Part shown: positions 1 through 11,640 of the stretch, piece after piece
How the letters are laid out: each line of letters starts with the position of its first letter
Numbering within the stretch: the first letter of the stretch is position 1
Assembly: GCA_963813715.1 (NCBI GenBank)
Contig: CAWFAK010000016.1
Span: 320,001-384,000, forward strand
Source of the DNA: an uncultured Planctomycetaceae bacterium
GTDB lineage: Bacteria; Planctomycetota; Planctomycetia; Planctomycetales; Planctomycetaceae
Length of the DNA: 64,000 bases
Direction: 5' to 3'
Translations under genes and position numbers: made by a program
The notes under the pieces: model-generated
What the model saw: the letters and a program-made list of their open reading frames with translations, nothing else
Database searches by the model: none
What the model was told of the DNA's origin: nothing

Positions 1-1642
1 AGATGGCTTTGCTGTACACGTCCAGCAGCGAGCGAATTTCGATCGTCCGCCCCAGCACGCCGATCACGTTGTCCGATTCGTCAAAAATGGGCACCGAGAC
101 GGCCACCAAATGCCGCTCGTTCAGCGCTTCGGTGAACCACTGCGAGGTGTGGGGCACGCGGATCGGCTTGAGGTTGGCCGGCTGCTTGCCCCGTTCGTAG
201 TCCACGCCCATCCCATGGAAGTAATCGCGAAACGAGTAGTTCTGACCGACCGTGTAGGGGTATTGCCAGCGCTGCTCCAAAAGCGGCGAGCGCCACTTCT
301 GCACTCCCTGGCGATCGATGACAAACCAGCTGAAGTCTTTTTGCAACCCGAGTTTTTCGAAGCGATCGTCGGACTCCTTGCGGGCCGTATTCAGCTCCGC
401 GAACGTCTTTTCGTTCTGCGCCTTGTCCTTGAGCGCGGGCTGGTTGATCGCGTCGCGCAGGGCCTTGAGCGATTTGTCCTGCGTGATGCGATCGGAGATC
501 TCAACCAGTTCCTGTTCACGCTCGCTCAGGTCGCGGCCGATGCTCTGTGCGGCGATCCGCGCGGACAAGATGTCGCTCTCGTTCGCGCGGAGGATCATGA
601 GCTTGTTGGCGTTTTTTTCGGCCGTGCCCAACAAGTTGAAGACCAGCCAGGCCATGCCCAACAGGAGGAGGCTGGGGCCTACGATCCCCAGGCTGATCAA
701 CGGACGCCGCGCTCGCGAGCGATCGCGCATCACCAGCATGTCGAGCACGGCCTGGGCGTTGGGGAAACGTCGGGGCGAATCGATTTGCAGACAGCGCTCG
801 ACGATTTCGGCCAGTCGCCGATCGACGCCGGGCACGTTGCGCAAGCCGGTCGGCTTTTGACTGGTGCGGATGCGATCGCGATAGACAGTCAGCTTGTCCT
901 CGAGCGTTGGAGCGGCGCGGATCTCTTCCTCGATCTCGGGCGTCCAGTACGGCGGCTTGCCGCAGAGCATGTGGTAGAGCAGGGCGCCCAGCGCGTAGAC
1001 GTCCCAGCGGGCATCGGGAATGGCCTGCAGATCGGCTTGCTCCGGCGCCATGTAGAACAGGCTGCCGAGCGCCGGGTTCTGCTCGTTCGACAAACGGGAC
1101 TGGCCGAAGTCGCAGAGCCGCGGCTCGAATTCGTTGTCCAAGAGCACGTTGGCCGGCTTCAGGTCGCAATGCAAAATGCCGCTGCCGTGCGCATGCACCA
1201 GGGCGCTCAGACACTCCCTCGGCGATTCGCACGGCCTCGTTCACCGGCAACGGCCCGGCCGCCAGGTGCGAGGCAAGCGATCCGCTGGCCAGGTACTCCA
1301 TCACGTAATAGGGGGGCTCACTGTTCCAGCCGACGTCGATCAGCCGCACGATGTGGCGGGACGTGTAGAGCACGGCCAGCTTTTCAACTTCGCGGTTGAG
1401 CAGCGACCAGTCGAGCCCGCGCTGATGCGTATAGAACTTGATCGCGACTTGCTTGCCCGTGTTGTCTTCGGACGCGAGCCAGACCGTGCCGAAGGCGCCG
1501 CCCCCCAACGATCGCAGCAGGGTGTAACCCGGCACTTGTCCGGGCGGGGTCTCCTGCCAACGGCTGAGGTCGGCCGCCTGGGCAGTCGGCGCTCATCCTG
1601 GACGAGCGTATCGTGGGTCTCGGTGGGGAGGGACGAGGACAC
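1..1642 (-). CDS. Membrane Ser/Thr protein kinase with C-terminal extracytoplasmic (Cache-like) sensor; frameshifted, runs off the window
   Basis: GGGAFGTVW and VAIK in ORF 516..1535. After a frameshift near 1215 the reverse frame reads HCDLKPANVLL, DFG, YMAPEQ, WDVYALG, then a TM (LISLGIVGPSLLLLGMAWLVF) and NYSFRDYF...VAVSVPIFD...GVLG. Confidence 0.85.
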
Positions 1643-2008
1643 GCGGTATTGGAGGGCTAGAGTGGTGTGATGAAATCGCGTCCGGCGCACGTCTGTCGAT
1701 CCTTCTATTTTCGCGTCCCGGCGCGAAAAAGCCCAGCCTTGGTCCCCGGAGCCCCAGTTATCTACGGGCCCCGCCTGCGGGATGTTTGGCGACGGCGGGC
1801 GGACGTGACGATCGGCCGCACTGGCGGGCGGCGAAATCGCTTCCCTCATCATACGTTGCCGCGCGATGGTTCACTGGCGAGGGTGTCCGGTTCGCCTAGT
1901 TGCCCCAATCCTTACATTTGCCGTCGGCCGCGCGAATTCGAGACCTGTCGCCCACGTTTGCAGCGGGCCATAATGGACACTCATTCCCCACGAGATCCCC
2001 GTTCCTCC

Positions 2009-3169
2009 ATGAGTGACTTCCCACTCTCGTCCTCGCTGCCGCTCGCCGGTGGACCCTTTCCGTCGCCGCAGACCCGAATCGGCATGACCAAACGACGGTT
2101 ACGCTGGCTCGCGCCGACGGCTTGCGTAGGGCTGATCTTTGTCGTGCTCCTGGGATCGGTCTGGAGGATCGCGCTCGATACGGTCCACGAAGTGCCAACG
2201 GCCGAGCGATTCTTCGATCCGCGACGCTCCCCTACGTTCGATGAAACGTGCGTCGTGGCGGCGATCGATTACGCCTTGTCGTCGAACGAAGCCAACGACG
2301 TCGTCTTTCTCGGCGACAGCGCCTGCCGCACGGGCGTCGATCCGATCGCGTTCGAGCGGCTAACCGGGCTCCGCGCGTACAACCTGGGCATCGTCGGCGA
2401 TCTCGGGCCCGGCGTGATGCTGAACATCGGCAAGGCTTACCTCTCGAAACACCCGGCGCCGCGGCTGATGGTCGTCTGCCTGTCGCCTGTCGGTCTCGAA
2501 CACGACGTCCCCTGGTACTGGATCAAGCTGCGGGACCACTTCGTGAATTGCTTCGGCTTCGACACGCAGAACGCCGGCTCGCTGCAAGCCCACCTGGGCT
2601 ACACGTTCCGCCAGGGAACGGTGCTGGCCTGGGACCGAGCCGAGTCGCGATTCAGCGAAAAATCGCAGGACGTTCGCGATCTGCCGTTGATCGGGATGGA
2701 GAAAGTTACCTATCGCCAGTACGAAACGTTGACGCGGCAGAAGCGCGGCCATTTCGAGCTTTCGGGACATGGGCCTCCCAAGAACTTGGACCGTCCCGGC
2801 GGATTGGTGCTGATTCACAAAGCCTGGGATGCCGGTCTGCGGCGGCTGGCCCAGGCGTGTGACAACGCGCGAATTCCCTTGATGGTGCGGTTCTGCCCGG
2901 TCTCGGCCGACGCGACCGAGAAACTAAGCTTCGAGCGGGTCGAGCACTGGCTCCGCGATTTGCAAACGGCGTCTCCCCATTTGCTCGTCGCCCCCGACCA
3001 AACCATTCTGCGATATGCTCCCGAGCTGTGCTGGGACTACTCGCACGCCAATCCGCAGGGGACGCAGAAATTCACCGAACAACTCGCGCCGAGGTCCGTG
3101 CTGCGCTCCCGGCGTCCGGCAAACCCCGGTGAACGTCACCTCCGCCCGACACGATTGGTCCGGCACTAA
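2009..3169 (+). CDS. Membrane-anchored SGNH-like protein (AlgJ/AlgX/DltD-like acyl-transfer partner)
   Basis: N-terminal TM, VFLGDS block I, YNLG, C-terminal DYSH (DxxH). Lies directly upstream of an MBOAT gene. Confidence 0.65.
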   Translation: MSDFPLSSSLPLAGGPFPSPQTRIGMTKRRLRWLAPTACVGLIFVVLLGSVWRIALDTVHEVPTAERFFDPRRSPTFDETCVVAAIDYALSSNEANDVVFLGDSACRTGVDPIAFERLTGLRAYNLGIVGDLGPGVMLNIGKAYLSKHPAPRLMVVCLSPVGLEHDVPWYWIKLRDHFVNCFGFDTQNAGSLQAHLGYTFRQGTVLAWDRAESRFSEKSQDVRDLPLIGMEKVTYRQYETLTRQKRGHFELSGHGPPKNLDRPGGLVLIHKAWDAGLRRLAQACDNARIPLMVRFCPVSADATEKLSFERVEHWLRDLQTASPHLLVAPDQTILRYAPELCWDYSHANPQGTQKFTEQLAPRSVLRSRRPANPGERHLRPTRLVRH

Positions 3170-3194
3170 GCTTGAATTCGGTTGAGACGCGGCG

Positions 3195-4674
3195 ATGGCG
3201 GTTTGTTCGCTCACCTTCCTGGCACTCTGCCTCGCCGTCGTGGTGGTCTTCCATCTCGCGCCGGGTCGAGTGACGCGACAGGTGATTCTCGCCGCCGCCA
3301 GCGGTTTGTTTTTGGAAACTCAAGTGCCCAACGACCGCAGCGCGATCTTCTTTGCTTGCGCGCTCCTGGGGACGTACGCCGCGCTCCGGCTCGTGCGGGC
3401 GACACATCATGGTGCGGTAGTCGCTGCCGCGATCGGACTGGTGCTGCTCGTCTTCTTGTACCTCAAACGGTACGACTTCTTTTCGAGCTGGGTGCCGGTG
3501 CCGATCGATTGGGATCTCGAAGTGCATCCGATCGAGCTAGTCGGCCTCTCTTACATGCTCTTCAAGCTGATTCACATGTTGGTCGACGAGTGGCAGGGAC
3601 AACTGGCTGCGTTCAATCTCTGGTCCTACTTGAACTACCAGTTGGCGTTCTTCACGCTCACGGCCGGGCCGATCCAGCGCTATAACGATTTCGCGGCGAG
3701 CTGGAACAAGATGGACGAGCAGCCCCGCGAACCGCGCGAAGGGGTGCTGCTGTGGACGCGCTTGCTGCTGGGGCTGCTCAAAATCAGCATTTTGGCGACG
3801 TGGGCCCACTCGATTTTCGTGAAGGCCTCCAACGTCGCGGAGCCGCACAGCCTCGCCCACGCCGTGACCTGCTTTTACGCCTACCCGGCCTACCTTTATT
3901 TCAACTTCGCCGGCTACACGGATGTGATGATCGGCATCGGCGGGTTGCTCGGCTTCAAGCTGCCGGAGAATTTCAATCGACCGTTTTTGGCCCGCAACGT
4001 GCTCGACTTCTGGGACCGCTGGCACATCAGCGTGACCCATTGGATCCGCGACTATATCTTCATGACCAGCTACAAATCGGCGGCCACACATTTCCCCCGC
4101 GCCGCCCGCTACTGGAGTTATTTGTTGCTGTTCGTGGCCCTGTTTCTTGCCGGCGTGTGGCATGGCACGACCAGCGGATTCGTGCTCTTTGGTGCCCTCA
4201 ACGGGCTGGGGGCCGCGGCGACGCGGGCTTACGGCGATCTGCTGCGAGCCAGGCTCGGCGGTCCCGGGCTCAAGGCTTACTTGCAAAATCGGACGATCCG
4301 CTGGATCGCCGTGCTCGCAACGCTGCACTACGTCTGCTTCTGCATGCTGTTCTTCGCCCTGACGCCGCACGAGGTGCAGGTGCTGCTCACCTCGGCGTGG
4401 CACGAACTGGTCGCGCTACCGGTAACGCTGGGCACCTCGACCTGGCGTGGCGCTCGACGCGGTCCCGTTCGTCGTGGCGGCGCTCGCGCTCGTCGCACTG
4501 TGGAAAGCCGAGACGATCGGGGCGGCGCTCGCACGGCTGGCGGCTGGCATCAGTGCGCGACCGGCGCTCCTCTATTCGATTCTGTGCACGCAGACGGCGA
4601 TCGTCGTGTTTGTGCTCTACGTCGACTGGGCGTTTCAGCAGGAACCGCCGCCCGTGCTCTACATGTCGTTTTGA
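3195..4674 (+). CDS. MBOAT family O-acyltransferase (AlgI/DltB-like); frameshift near 4445
   Basis: GLSY, AGPIQRY, YFNFAGYTD, LPENFNRP, FWDRWHIS, GVWHG motifs. The tail in ORF 4447..4674 ends VLYMSF. Confidence 0.9.
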
Positions 4675-4704
4675 CGACCGCGACTGGGCACGGCCTTCAA
4701 GCGC

Positions 4705-5399
4705 TCACTTCTTCGGCAGCTTCAGCGTGTCGAGGTACTTGTTGATGATCTCGGCGCGAATTTTGTAGCCGGCGGCGTTCGGGTGCAGGCGGTCCTTGAT
4801 GTGCAAATCGGACCGCGGCTGCCCATCCGGACCGAGGAGCGCATCCCAGATGTTGATATACGCGAGCCGATCGCCCGACTCGATGTAACGCTTAATCAAG
4901 CCGTTCGTCTCTTTCTGTTTTTCGGCCTGCGCCACCGCGCGGGCGTCGGATTGATCGAGATGAAGGCGATCGGCGTCTCGGGCATCGCCGCGTGCACTTT
5001 CTCGACGAACGCGCGAAAGTCGTCATAAACCTGTCGCGGCGTCTTTCCCGCCGCAATGTCGTTGCCGCCGGCATGCAGGATGATCTCGCTCGGCCGGTAG
5101 GGAATGACGATCCGATCCGCGTAATACGTGCTATCGGCAATCTGCGAACCGCCGAAACCGCGATTGATCACGTTGTATTGCGGAAAATCCTTCGCCAGCG
5201 ACTTCCAGAAGCGAATGCTCGAGGAGCCGATGAACAGCACGGCCCCCTGCGGCGGCGGCGATTCTTTATCGGCTGCCTCGAACGCGCGGATGTCCTTCTC
5301 CCACCGCTTGCTCGAAGGAGCGTCGGCCGCCGGCAACGACCGGACGACAAGGAGCGAAACAGCTGCCAAGAGCACCGCACACACAGAACGCCGCGTCAT
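4705..5399 (-). CDS. Secreted GDSL/SGNH hydrolase; frameshift near 4930
   Basis: Signal peptide, FIGSSS, NRGFGGS, AGGND, DRLHPNAAGY. Confidence 0.88.
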
Positions 5400-5438
5400 G
5401 GTGAAATCCCATCCCGTCAATTCAATGAGGAAATTCGC

Positions 5439-6247
5439 TCAATGAGGAAGTTTGCGACCGAGATACACATGCCGCGACAGCCGCCGCTCGGCACACAACC
5501 GATGAACCGTGCTCAGAAATCGCTGCAGCCCGGCAAAAGTCTCCGCACCCTCCAGGTGAGCCAGTTCGACTGCCCGCCGGGCGCGACCGTCGTGCCAGCG
5601 GCCGGAGACCGTCGCTTCTTGTTCGGTGGCGTCGTCGGTCGGCTCGAGCGTGAAGCCGGCGGCACGCAACAGTTGTTCGTTCACGCCGGGCGGACAGAAT
5701 TCGAAGTGCCCCGTCGAACTGCGGACGGCCAGCTCCTCTTTCGAGACCAGCCCTGTGACGACCACCGGATCGGTCACCAGCACGCGGCCGCCTGGCGCAG
5801 GACTCGATGCCACTCTTCGAAGACGCGGCCCCGATCGCGGAGGTGACAGAGGACGTCCAGGCAGACGATCGCGTCGAATTGGCCCGCGTCGAACGGGAGC
5901 CGCTCGCACACGTCGGCCTGCAAAAATGTCAGTTGCTGTCGCCGGTCCGACGCCCGCGCCTGATTTTCGGCCTCGCGGATGCCGGGCTCACTGATGTCGA
6001 TGCCCGTCACGTGGCAGCCCGTTTCCCGCGCGAGAAACAGAGCCGGGCCGCCCGAGCCGCAGCCGACATCCAACACACGCTCGTCCGCTCGCACCTTGAG
6101 CCGCGCCAAAAACCGGCGATATTCGTCCGCCGTGACCCAGCTGCTCTGGCCAAAATCTTCGCCATACGTCTCTTGGCGAACCTCGGCGACGGCCCGCGCC
6201 GCGAAGTTGCCGTAAGCTGTGCCGTAGAGATCGACGGACGAAGTCAT
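5439..6247 (-). CDS. Class I SAM-dependent methyltransferase; frameshift near 5795
   Basis: VLDVGCGSGG, VTGIDIS, FDAIV, then (L)xPGGRVLVTDP in the second frame. Confidence 0.88.
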
Positions 6248-6474
6248 CGCCTGCTCCCACCTCGCTTCGATCGTAGCGGTCGCCCTGCCGACTGTCATCG
6301 GATCGGCGGACCGCAAGGACGAAGCGGACGCGAGTTCGCAACAAAGTCGTCGGCAACAGAGATCGTAATCCGAATCGAAGCCCAGGCGGCGAAACATCGT
6401 AAGGCGCGAAAAGTCAGGCGCACCCGGCCGGGCCGCGCGGATGCGCCCGGACCGGATGACCTGAACCCCTCGCC

Positions 6475-8244
6475 TCAGGAAGAGGCATCGGCAGACAGTC
6501 CGTTGGCGGCCGCGCCATTAGGTTTGACCGGCAGCGTTTCGCCGCTGGCGTTTCGCCAAGGTGGCCACATCTTGCGAGGCAGCCAACTCGCCTTTTGTGC
6601 ACTGATCAAGAGGGCGACGAGGAGCGCGCCGAAGCTCCAGGCGAACGCAATCATTGCGTCGCGGCCGATGAGGTTGGCGGCTTTGTGAAAGCCGCTGACG
6701 GCACCCGCGTAGGCCGCCACTCCCAGCATTCCGCCGAATCCGTACAAGTACCAAAGATTCCGCCAGGCGCGGGCGACTACCAAGCAGACGATGGCCAGCA
6801 CGATGAGGTAGAGCGCGCGGACCCAAACGGGCATCGCCGTGCCCGACTCACTCGCCATCGCCGCCAGAGTCGACACGGGAAACATCGCCGCACCGACCAC
6901 GCGCAACGTCAGAGCCAGAGGATCGTGAAATGCGAATCCGATCGTCGCCCACGCGGCCCAGAGCAGGTCGGCACAGACTACGGTTCGCAGCTCGGCGAGC
7001 GGCGTGCGCGGAAGGAGGTACCAGAGACCGGCTGTCACGAGGAAGCTGGCCGCCGCACACGCCCGCGACGAACGAACTCGGATCCCGTGCGCTGAACAGC
7101 AGTGTGCCGATCGCTAGCAGGGGCCATGGTTGGGGCGCCGTCAATGTCTCCAGGTCAACCGTCTGGCGGCCGACGAGGGTCAGGAGGGCTACAGAGGCGA
7201 GTCCGCACTGCCCAGCCGTTGGAACGCCGCGGAGCCAGGCCCAGACCGTAGAAGGCGACCAGTCCCCAGATCGTCAGCCAGAGCGGCGAGCCGATCTTGT
7301 GCACCACGGCTTGCTGAAACGCGCGGGAAATGGGCTCATCAATCCAGGGCAACGCGAGCGCCAAAAGGATTGCCGTGGCGTTGACGACTCGTTGGGCCAA
7401 GCGCCGGTTGGCCGTCACCAGGGCGATCTCCAAGCAGCAAGATGGCGATCGCGAAGCCGAGCGGCACCAGGAAATAAGTTCCCCAAATAGTGTCGAACAC
7501 GATGGCGCGGCCCGACGGCAGCTTGCGCCAAATGTCGCCATCGAGCCCGAACGTCATCGTCAGCGCGTAGGACCGCAAGCTCACGGCCGCCGCGATCACG
7601 CCGAAAGCCGCCCCGGGGAACCAGGGCCAGGGCCACGGCGTGCCGTTGGCGGCCACAGAGCCCGCGCCGCCCCGCACGGCCGGCAGCAGACTCAAGAATA
7701 GGGCGGCCGCAGCGACGGGGAACAACAGCAGCAGCCAATCGAGCCAAAGTTCAAACTGCGGATGCAACCCGGGCGAATAAAGCCAGGGGGCGCCAAAGAA
7801 GAGTGCCAGCATCAGGTGGTAGGGGACGCGATAGCGCCACCCCAAGCGCACGCCGACCCCCCAGAGGACGCCCTCCGAAACCGTCGCCACGAAGAGAAAT
7901 CCGCAGACCAAGAGCGCGGTCGCGGTCGACGACGTCTCGGCCTTCACGAACAAGTCGTCGGCACTGATCGACACGGCCAAGAACAGCACCAACAGCATCA
8001 GGAGGATCGAGCGGGCGTCCTCCCACACTTTGCCCCACCGCACGATCCAGACGCCGATCACCGCCAGCACCAGGGTGTAACCGGCGAGCGCCCCGGTCAT
8101 CAGCCAGCAATTGCTCGCCTCGATTCCCAGCCGTTCGTAGGCGGTCCGGATTGCGTAGAGCATCAGCACCGCGCTGATCGCGTAAAACGGATTGTGGGTG
8201 TACAGATACTTGACGATTGAAGGGCGTACCGCAGGCGCAGCCAT
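6475..8244 (-). CDS. Polytopic membrane protein of unknown function; several frameshifts
   Basis: Many hydrophobic helices across ORFs 7339..8310, 7155..7541, 6848..7144 and 6475..7038. Begins YLYTHNPFYAISA. Confidence 0.65.
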
Positions 8245-8497
8245 TCTCCACCTCCTCGTCGAAAAGCAGGAAAGAACCGGGTAAAAGAAATGAGAAAAAA
8301 AGAATCGCAATCGCGAAAACGCGATGCGCGATCGACGAGCGGATGTGGGATTGGGTATCTCGGGAAGTGACCGGATTCACGCGAGCGCGCTCCGATGGGA
8401 TGTGCCTTCCTCTACCAGAAATGACGCGGGGCCGGCGGTCCTTTCGTCTGCAATTCCGGAAGACCCAGGGGGTTTTTGGAGGGACACGGGGGTTTCG

Positions 8498-9076
8498 ATG
8501 AGGCGGATCTGCTATGCGGTCGCCATGAGCCTGGACGGATATATCGCTGGTCCGGGCGGCGAATCGGACTGGATTGTGCCCGACCCGGAGGTTGATTTCG
8601 CCGCGCTTTTCGCCCGCTTCGACACGTGGCTCATGGGCCGCCGCACGTTTGAGCTGACCCAAGCCCCGGGAGCCCCCAAAATGCCGGGCGTTGCCGTGGT
8701 CGTGGTCTCGCGAACGCTGCGACCGGCAGACCATCCCGACGTCATGGTGATCGGCGGCGACCTGAATCGCGAGCTTGTGCAATTGCGATCCGAGCCGGGC
8801 AAAGACATTTGGCTGTTTGGCGGCGGAACGCTCTTTGGCCGCTTGCTGGCGCTGGGCCAGGTCGACACGGTCGAGGTCTCCGTCGTGCCCGTGCTGCTCG
8901 GGGACGGCCTGCCGCTCTTGCCGAGCCAGTCGGACCGGACGAAACTGCGACTCACGAGCAGCAAGGTCTACAAGAAGACGGGGACCGTGCGACTGGAATA
9001 TGCCGTCGAGCGATCAACCCGCATGAAGAGATCGCGGGCGCGGTCCGAGAGAACAAAATGCCCGAAACAGATGTGA
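8498..9076 (+). CDS. Dihydrofolate reductase/RibD C-terminal family protein
   Basis: AMSLDGYIA, LMGRRTF, DIWLFGGG, VPVLLGDG. Confidence 0.88.
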   Translation: MRRICYAVAMSLDGYIAGPGGESDWIVPDPEVDFAALFARFDTWLMGRRTFELTQAPGAPKMPGVAVVVVSRTLRPADHPDVMVIGGDLNRELVQLRSEPGKDIWLFGGGTLFGRLLALGQVDTVEVSVVPVLLGDGLPLLPSQSDRTKLRLTSSKVYKKTGTVRLEYAVERSTRMKRSRARSERTKCPKQM

Positions 9077-10188
9077 TCATCGTCGGCGCGGGGATCGTCG
9101 GGCTGGCGCACGCCTGGGCTGCCGTGCGGCGCGGCAAATCGGTCCGGGTCTTCGAGCGGTCGCGGCGGGCCGAGGGGGCGAGCATTCGCAACTTCGGCAT
9201 GATCTGGCCCATCGGTCAGCCGCCCGGAGCGTGCCACGCGACGGCCTTGCGGAGCAGCGAGTTGTGGCTTGAGGTCAAACGCGAAGCCGGGCTGTGGGTC
9301 AACGAGTGCGGCTCGATTCACCTCGCCCATCGCCCGGACGAATTGGCCGTACTCGCCGAGTTTGCCGAACGGGCTCCGGCACTCGGCTACAGCGCGCGGC
9401 TGATGACGGCCGACGAAGTGACGGCAGCCTCGCCGGCCGCCAATCCCGTCGGTCTTTTGGGCGGGCTGTGGAGTCCGACTGAATTGTGCGTCGATCCGCG
9501 GGAAGCGATCGCGACGATTGCGGATTGGTTGCGCGAGCGACACGGCGTCGAGTTCCATTTTGGTACGCTTGTCCGTACGGCCGACGGTCGCGGGATTGAA
9601 ACAGCGGACGGTCGCCGCTTTGCCGCCGGTCGCACACTCGTCTGCAGCGGAGCCGATTTTGAGACGTTGTTTCCCGACGTCCTCGCCCAATCGGGCCTGC
9701 GGCGGTGCAAGCTGCAGATGCTGCGGACGGTCGCACAGCCCGCCGGCTGGCGGATCGGGCCGCACCTGGCCAGCGGGCTGACGCTGCGGCACTATCACAA
9801 CTTCGACGTCTGCGAATCGCTGGCGGCCGTCAAGCAGCGGGTCGCCGCCGAATCGCCCGAACTCGACCGCTACGGAATTCACGTGATGGTGTCGCAGAAT
9901 CGCCTGGGCGAAGCCGTGCTCGGGGATTCACACGAATACAACGAGGCCATCTCGCCGTTTGACAAGGCCGCAATCGACGAGCTGATGCTCCGCGAGCTGC
10001 GCGGCGTCTTCCGGTTGCAAACCTGGACGATTGGCGAACATTGGTCGGGAATTTACGCGAAACACGCTGCCGAACCGCAATTTTTGGCCGAGCCGCTGCC
10101 CGGCGTGACAATCGTCACGGCAACCGGTGGCGCCGGGATGACGATGTCGTTCGGCCTGGCGGAAGAGAACTGGCGGCGCTGGGACTGA
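9058..10188 (+). CDS. FAD-dependent amine oxidoreductase, TIGR03364-like (phosphonate-cluster associated)
   Basis: GAGIVGLAHA, GASIRNFGMIW, RCKLQM, LGDSHEY, GGAGMTMSFG. Adjacent to phnX. Confidence 0.85.
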   Translation: MPETDVIIVGAGIVGLAHAWAAVRRGKSVRVFERSRRAEGASIRNFGMIWPIGQPPGACHATALRSSELWLEVKREAGLWVNECGSIHLAHRPDELAVLAEFAERAPALGYSARLMTADEVTAASPAANPVGLLGGLWSPTELCVDPREAIATIADWLRERHGVEFHFGTLVRTADGRGIETADGRRFAAGRTLVCSGADFETLFPDVLAQSGLRRCKLQMLRTVAQPAGWRIGPHLASGLTLRHYHNFDVCESLAAVKQRVAAESPELDRYGIHVMVSQNRLGEAVLGDSHEYNEAISPFDKAAIDELMLRELRGVFRLQTWTIGEHWSGIYAKHAAEPQFLAEPLPGVTIVTATGGAGMTMSFGLAEENWRRWD

Positions 10189-10195
10189 CAAAAGC

Positions 10196-11004
10196 TTACG
10201 GCAGCTCGCCGCGGCTGATGCGTGGGCCGAGCGCTTCGAGGAACGCCGGCAACTCGGCGACCGAGCCGATGACCGCGTGGGCGCCGGCGCGCCTAGTTTT
10301 TCGGCCGCGGATGCCGCGCGGCGCGTGCGTTCGGAGGGATCGAGCGCTCGGCTCTCGGCCAGCGGCATGCCGATTTCGTTGCCCGTGTCCGTCACGCCGA
10401 CGGTCCACACGCCCGCGTTGCGGCCCTCTTCGATATCGGGCACGGTGTCGCCGATTTTGACGACGGCTGCCGGCGGGTAAACGCCGGTCAGCTCCATCAG
10501 GCGAAAAATCATCCAGGGAGCCGGCCGACCGCCGCGGACGTCGTCGGGAAAGAGCGAGTGGTCGGCCCGCCAACCCTGAGCGGCGACGGCATCGGTAATT
10601 GGCTGGCCGATAGAGCGGGGATAGCCGGTGGTAGTGCCCGTCGCGATTTTGTGCTCGCGGACCGCCGCCAGGCAGGGCAACGCGCCGGGGATCAGCTCGA
10701 CCCGAGCCTGGGCCTCGGCCGCCTGCAGCGGCAGAAACCGCTCGTAGAGCGCGTCGACGTCGGCCGACGTCGGCTCGTGACCGAAGAGGGTCCGCCAGCG
10801 CGCCGCGATGTGCGGCAATCGCAACACCTGGTCGATGTGGTCGCGCTTGTGCAGCCCCATCGGCCCGCGGGCGTCGGCGTCCGAGAGCTCGATGCCCAAT
10901 TCGCGAAAGGCGATGACCAACGCGGCGACCGGCGCCATCGACCCATGATCGATGATCGTCCCCGCCATGTCGAAGACAATCAGGCGAATCGGCGAGGCGG
11001 GCAT
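10196..11004 (-). CDS. phnX: Phosphonoacetaldehyde hydrolase (phosphonatase); frameshift near 10295
   Basis: HAD motif FDMAGT, cap loop PMGLHKRDHI (Schiff-base Lys and His), TTGY, GRPAPWM, KIGDTVPDIEEG. Confidence 0.92.
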
Positions 11005-11051
11005 CGGGCGACTCACAGCGGCTGAACAATTGGAAAAAGAATCGTGTGACC

Positions 11052-11640
11052 TCAGGTCGACTGCGGCGATCCCGCGCGCCGCGTCAGCACGGTGCGGGCA
11101 CAATCGAGATAGTGCTCCAAGGGCGGCGTCGGTAACTGGGGGACTTTTGCTTGCTCGTCCCAGCGGCGGAGCTTGATCGCCGCGACGAAGGACGGATGTT
11201 CCTCGAACTTGCGCGTCTGCGCGGTGGTGAACGGACCGCCTTGCAGCGAGAGGCTGAGCCGCGACGCGTCGGAGAGTTGGGCGAAATACTGTTCGTCGAC
11301 GGCGCAGAGGTACCGCTTAGCCGCCACGTGCAGCCGCACCGGCTCGACGACGTCGGCGCCAAAATGCTGCGACAGCCACTCGGCTCCGAGCGCCTCGTGC
11401 TTGTCGTCGATGCCCTCTTCGGCGCAGTCCTCGTCCAGATCGTGCAGCAGGTGGCCCACGTCATGCAGGAAGGCGGCCGTGACCAGCGCGGCGTCGGCCC
11501 CGTTCTCTTCGGCGAGGAGCGCGGCCTGCAATGCGTGCTCGGTTTGCGTGATCGGCTCGCCGGCGTACATTTCCCGGCCGCGCCGCGAAGAGACCGGAAA
11601 TTTCGTGAAGGAGAACTTCCGTCGGCGTGTCGGCGGTCAT
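11052..11640 (-). CDS. phnZ: HD-domain di-iron phosphonate oxygenase; frameshift near 11575
   Basis: YxGEPITQTEHALQAA, LHDVGH, KHE, LHVAAKRYL, SLxLQGG, RRWDEQAK. Confidence 0.85.
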
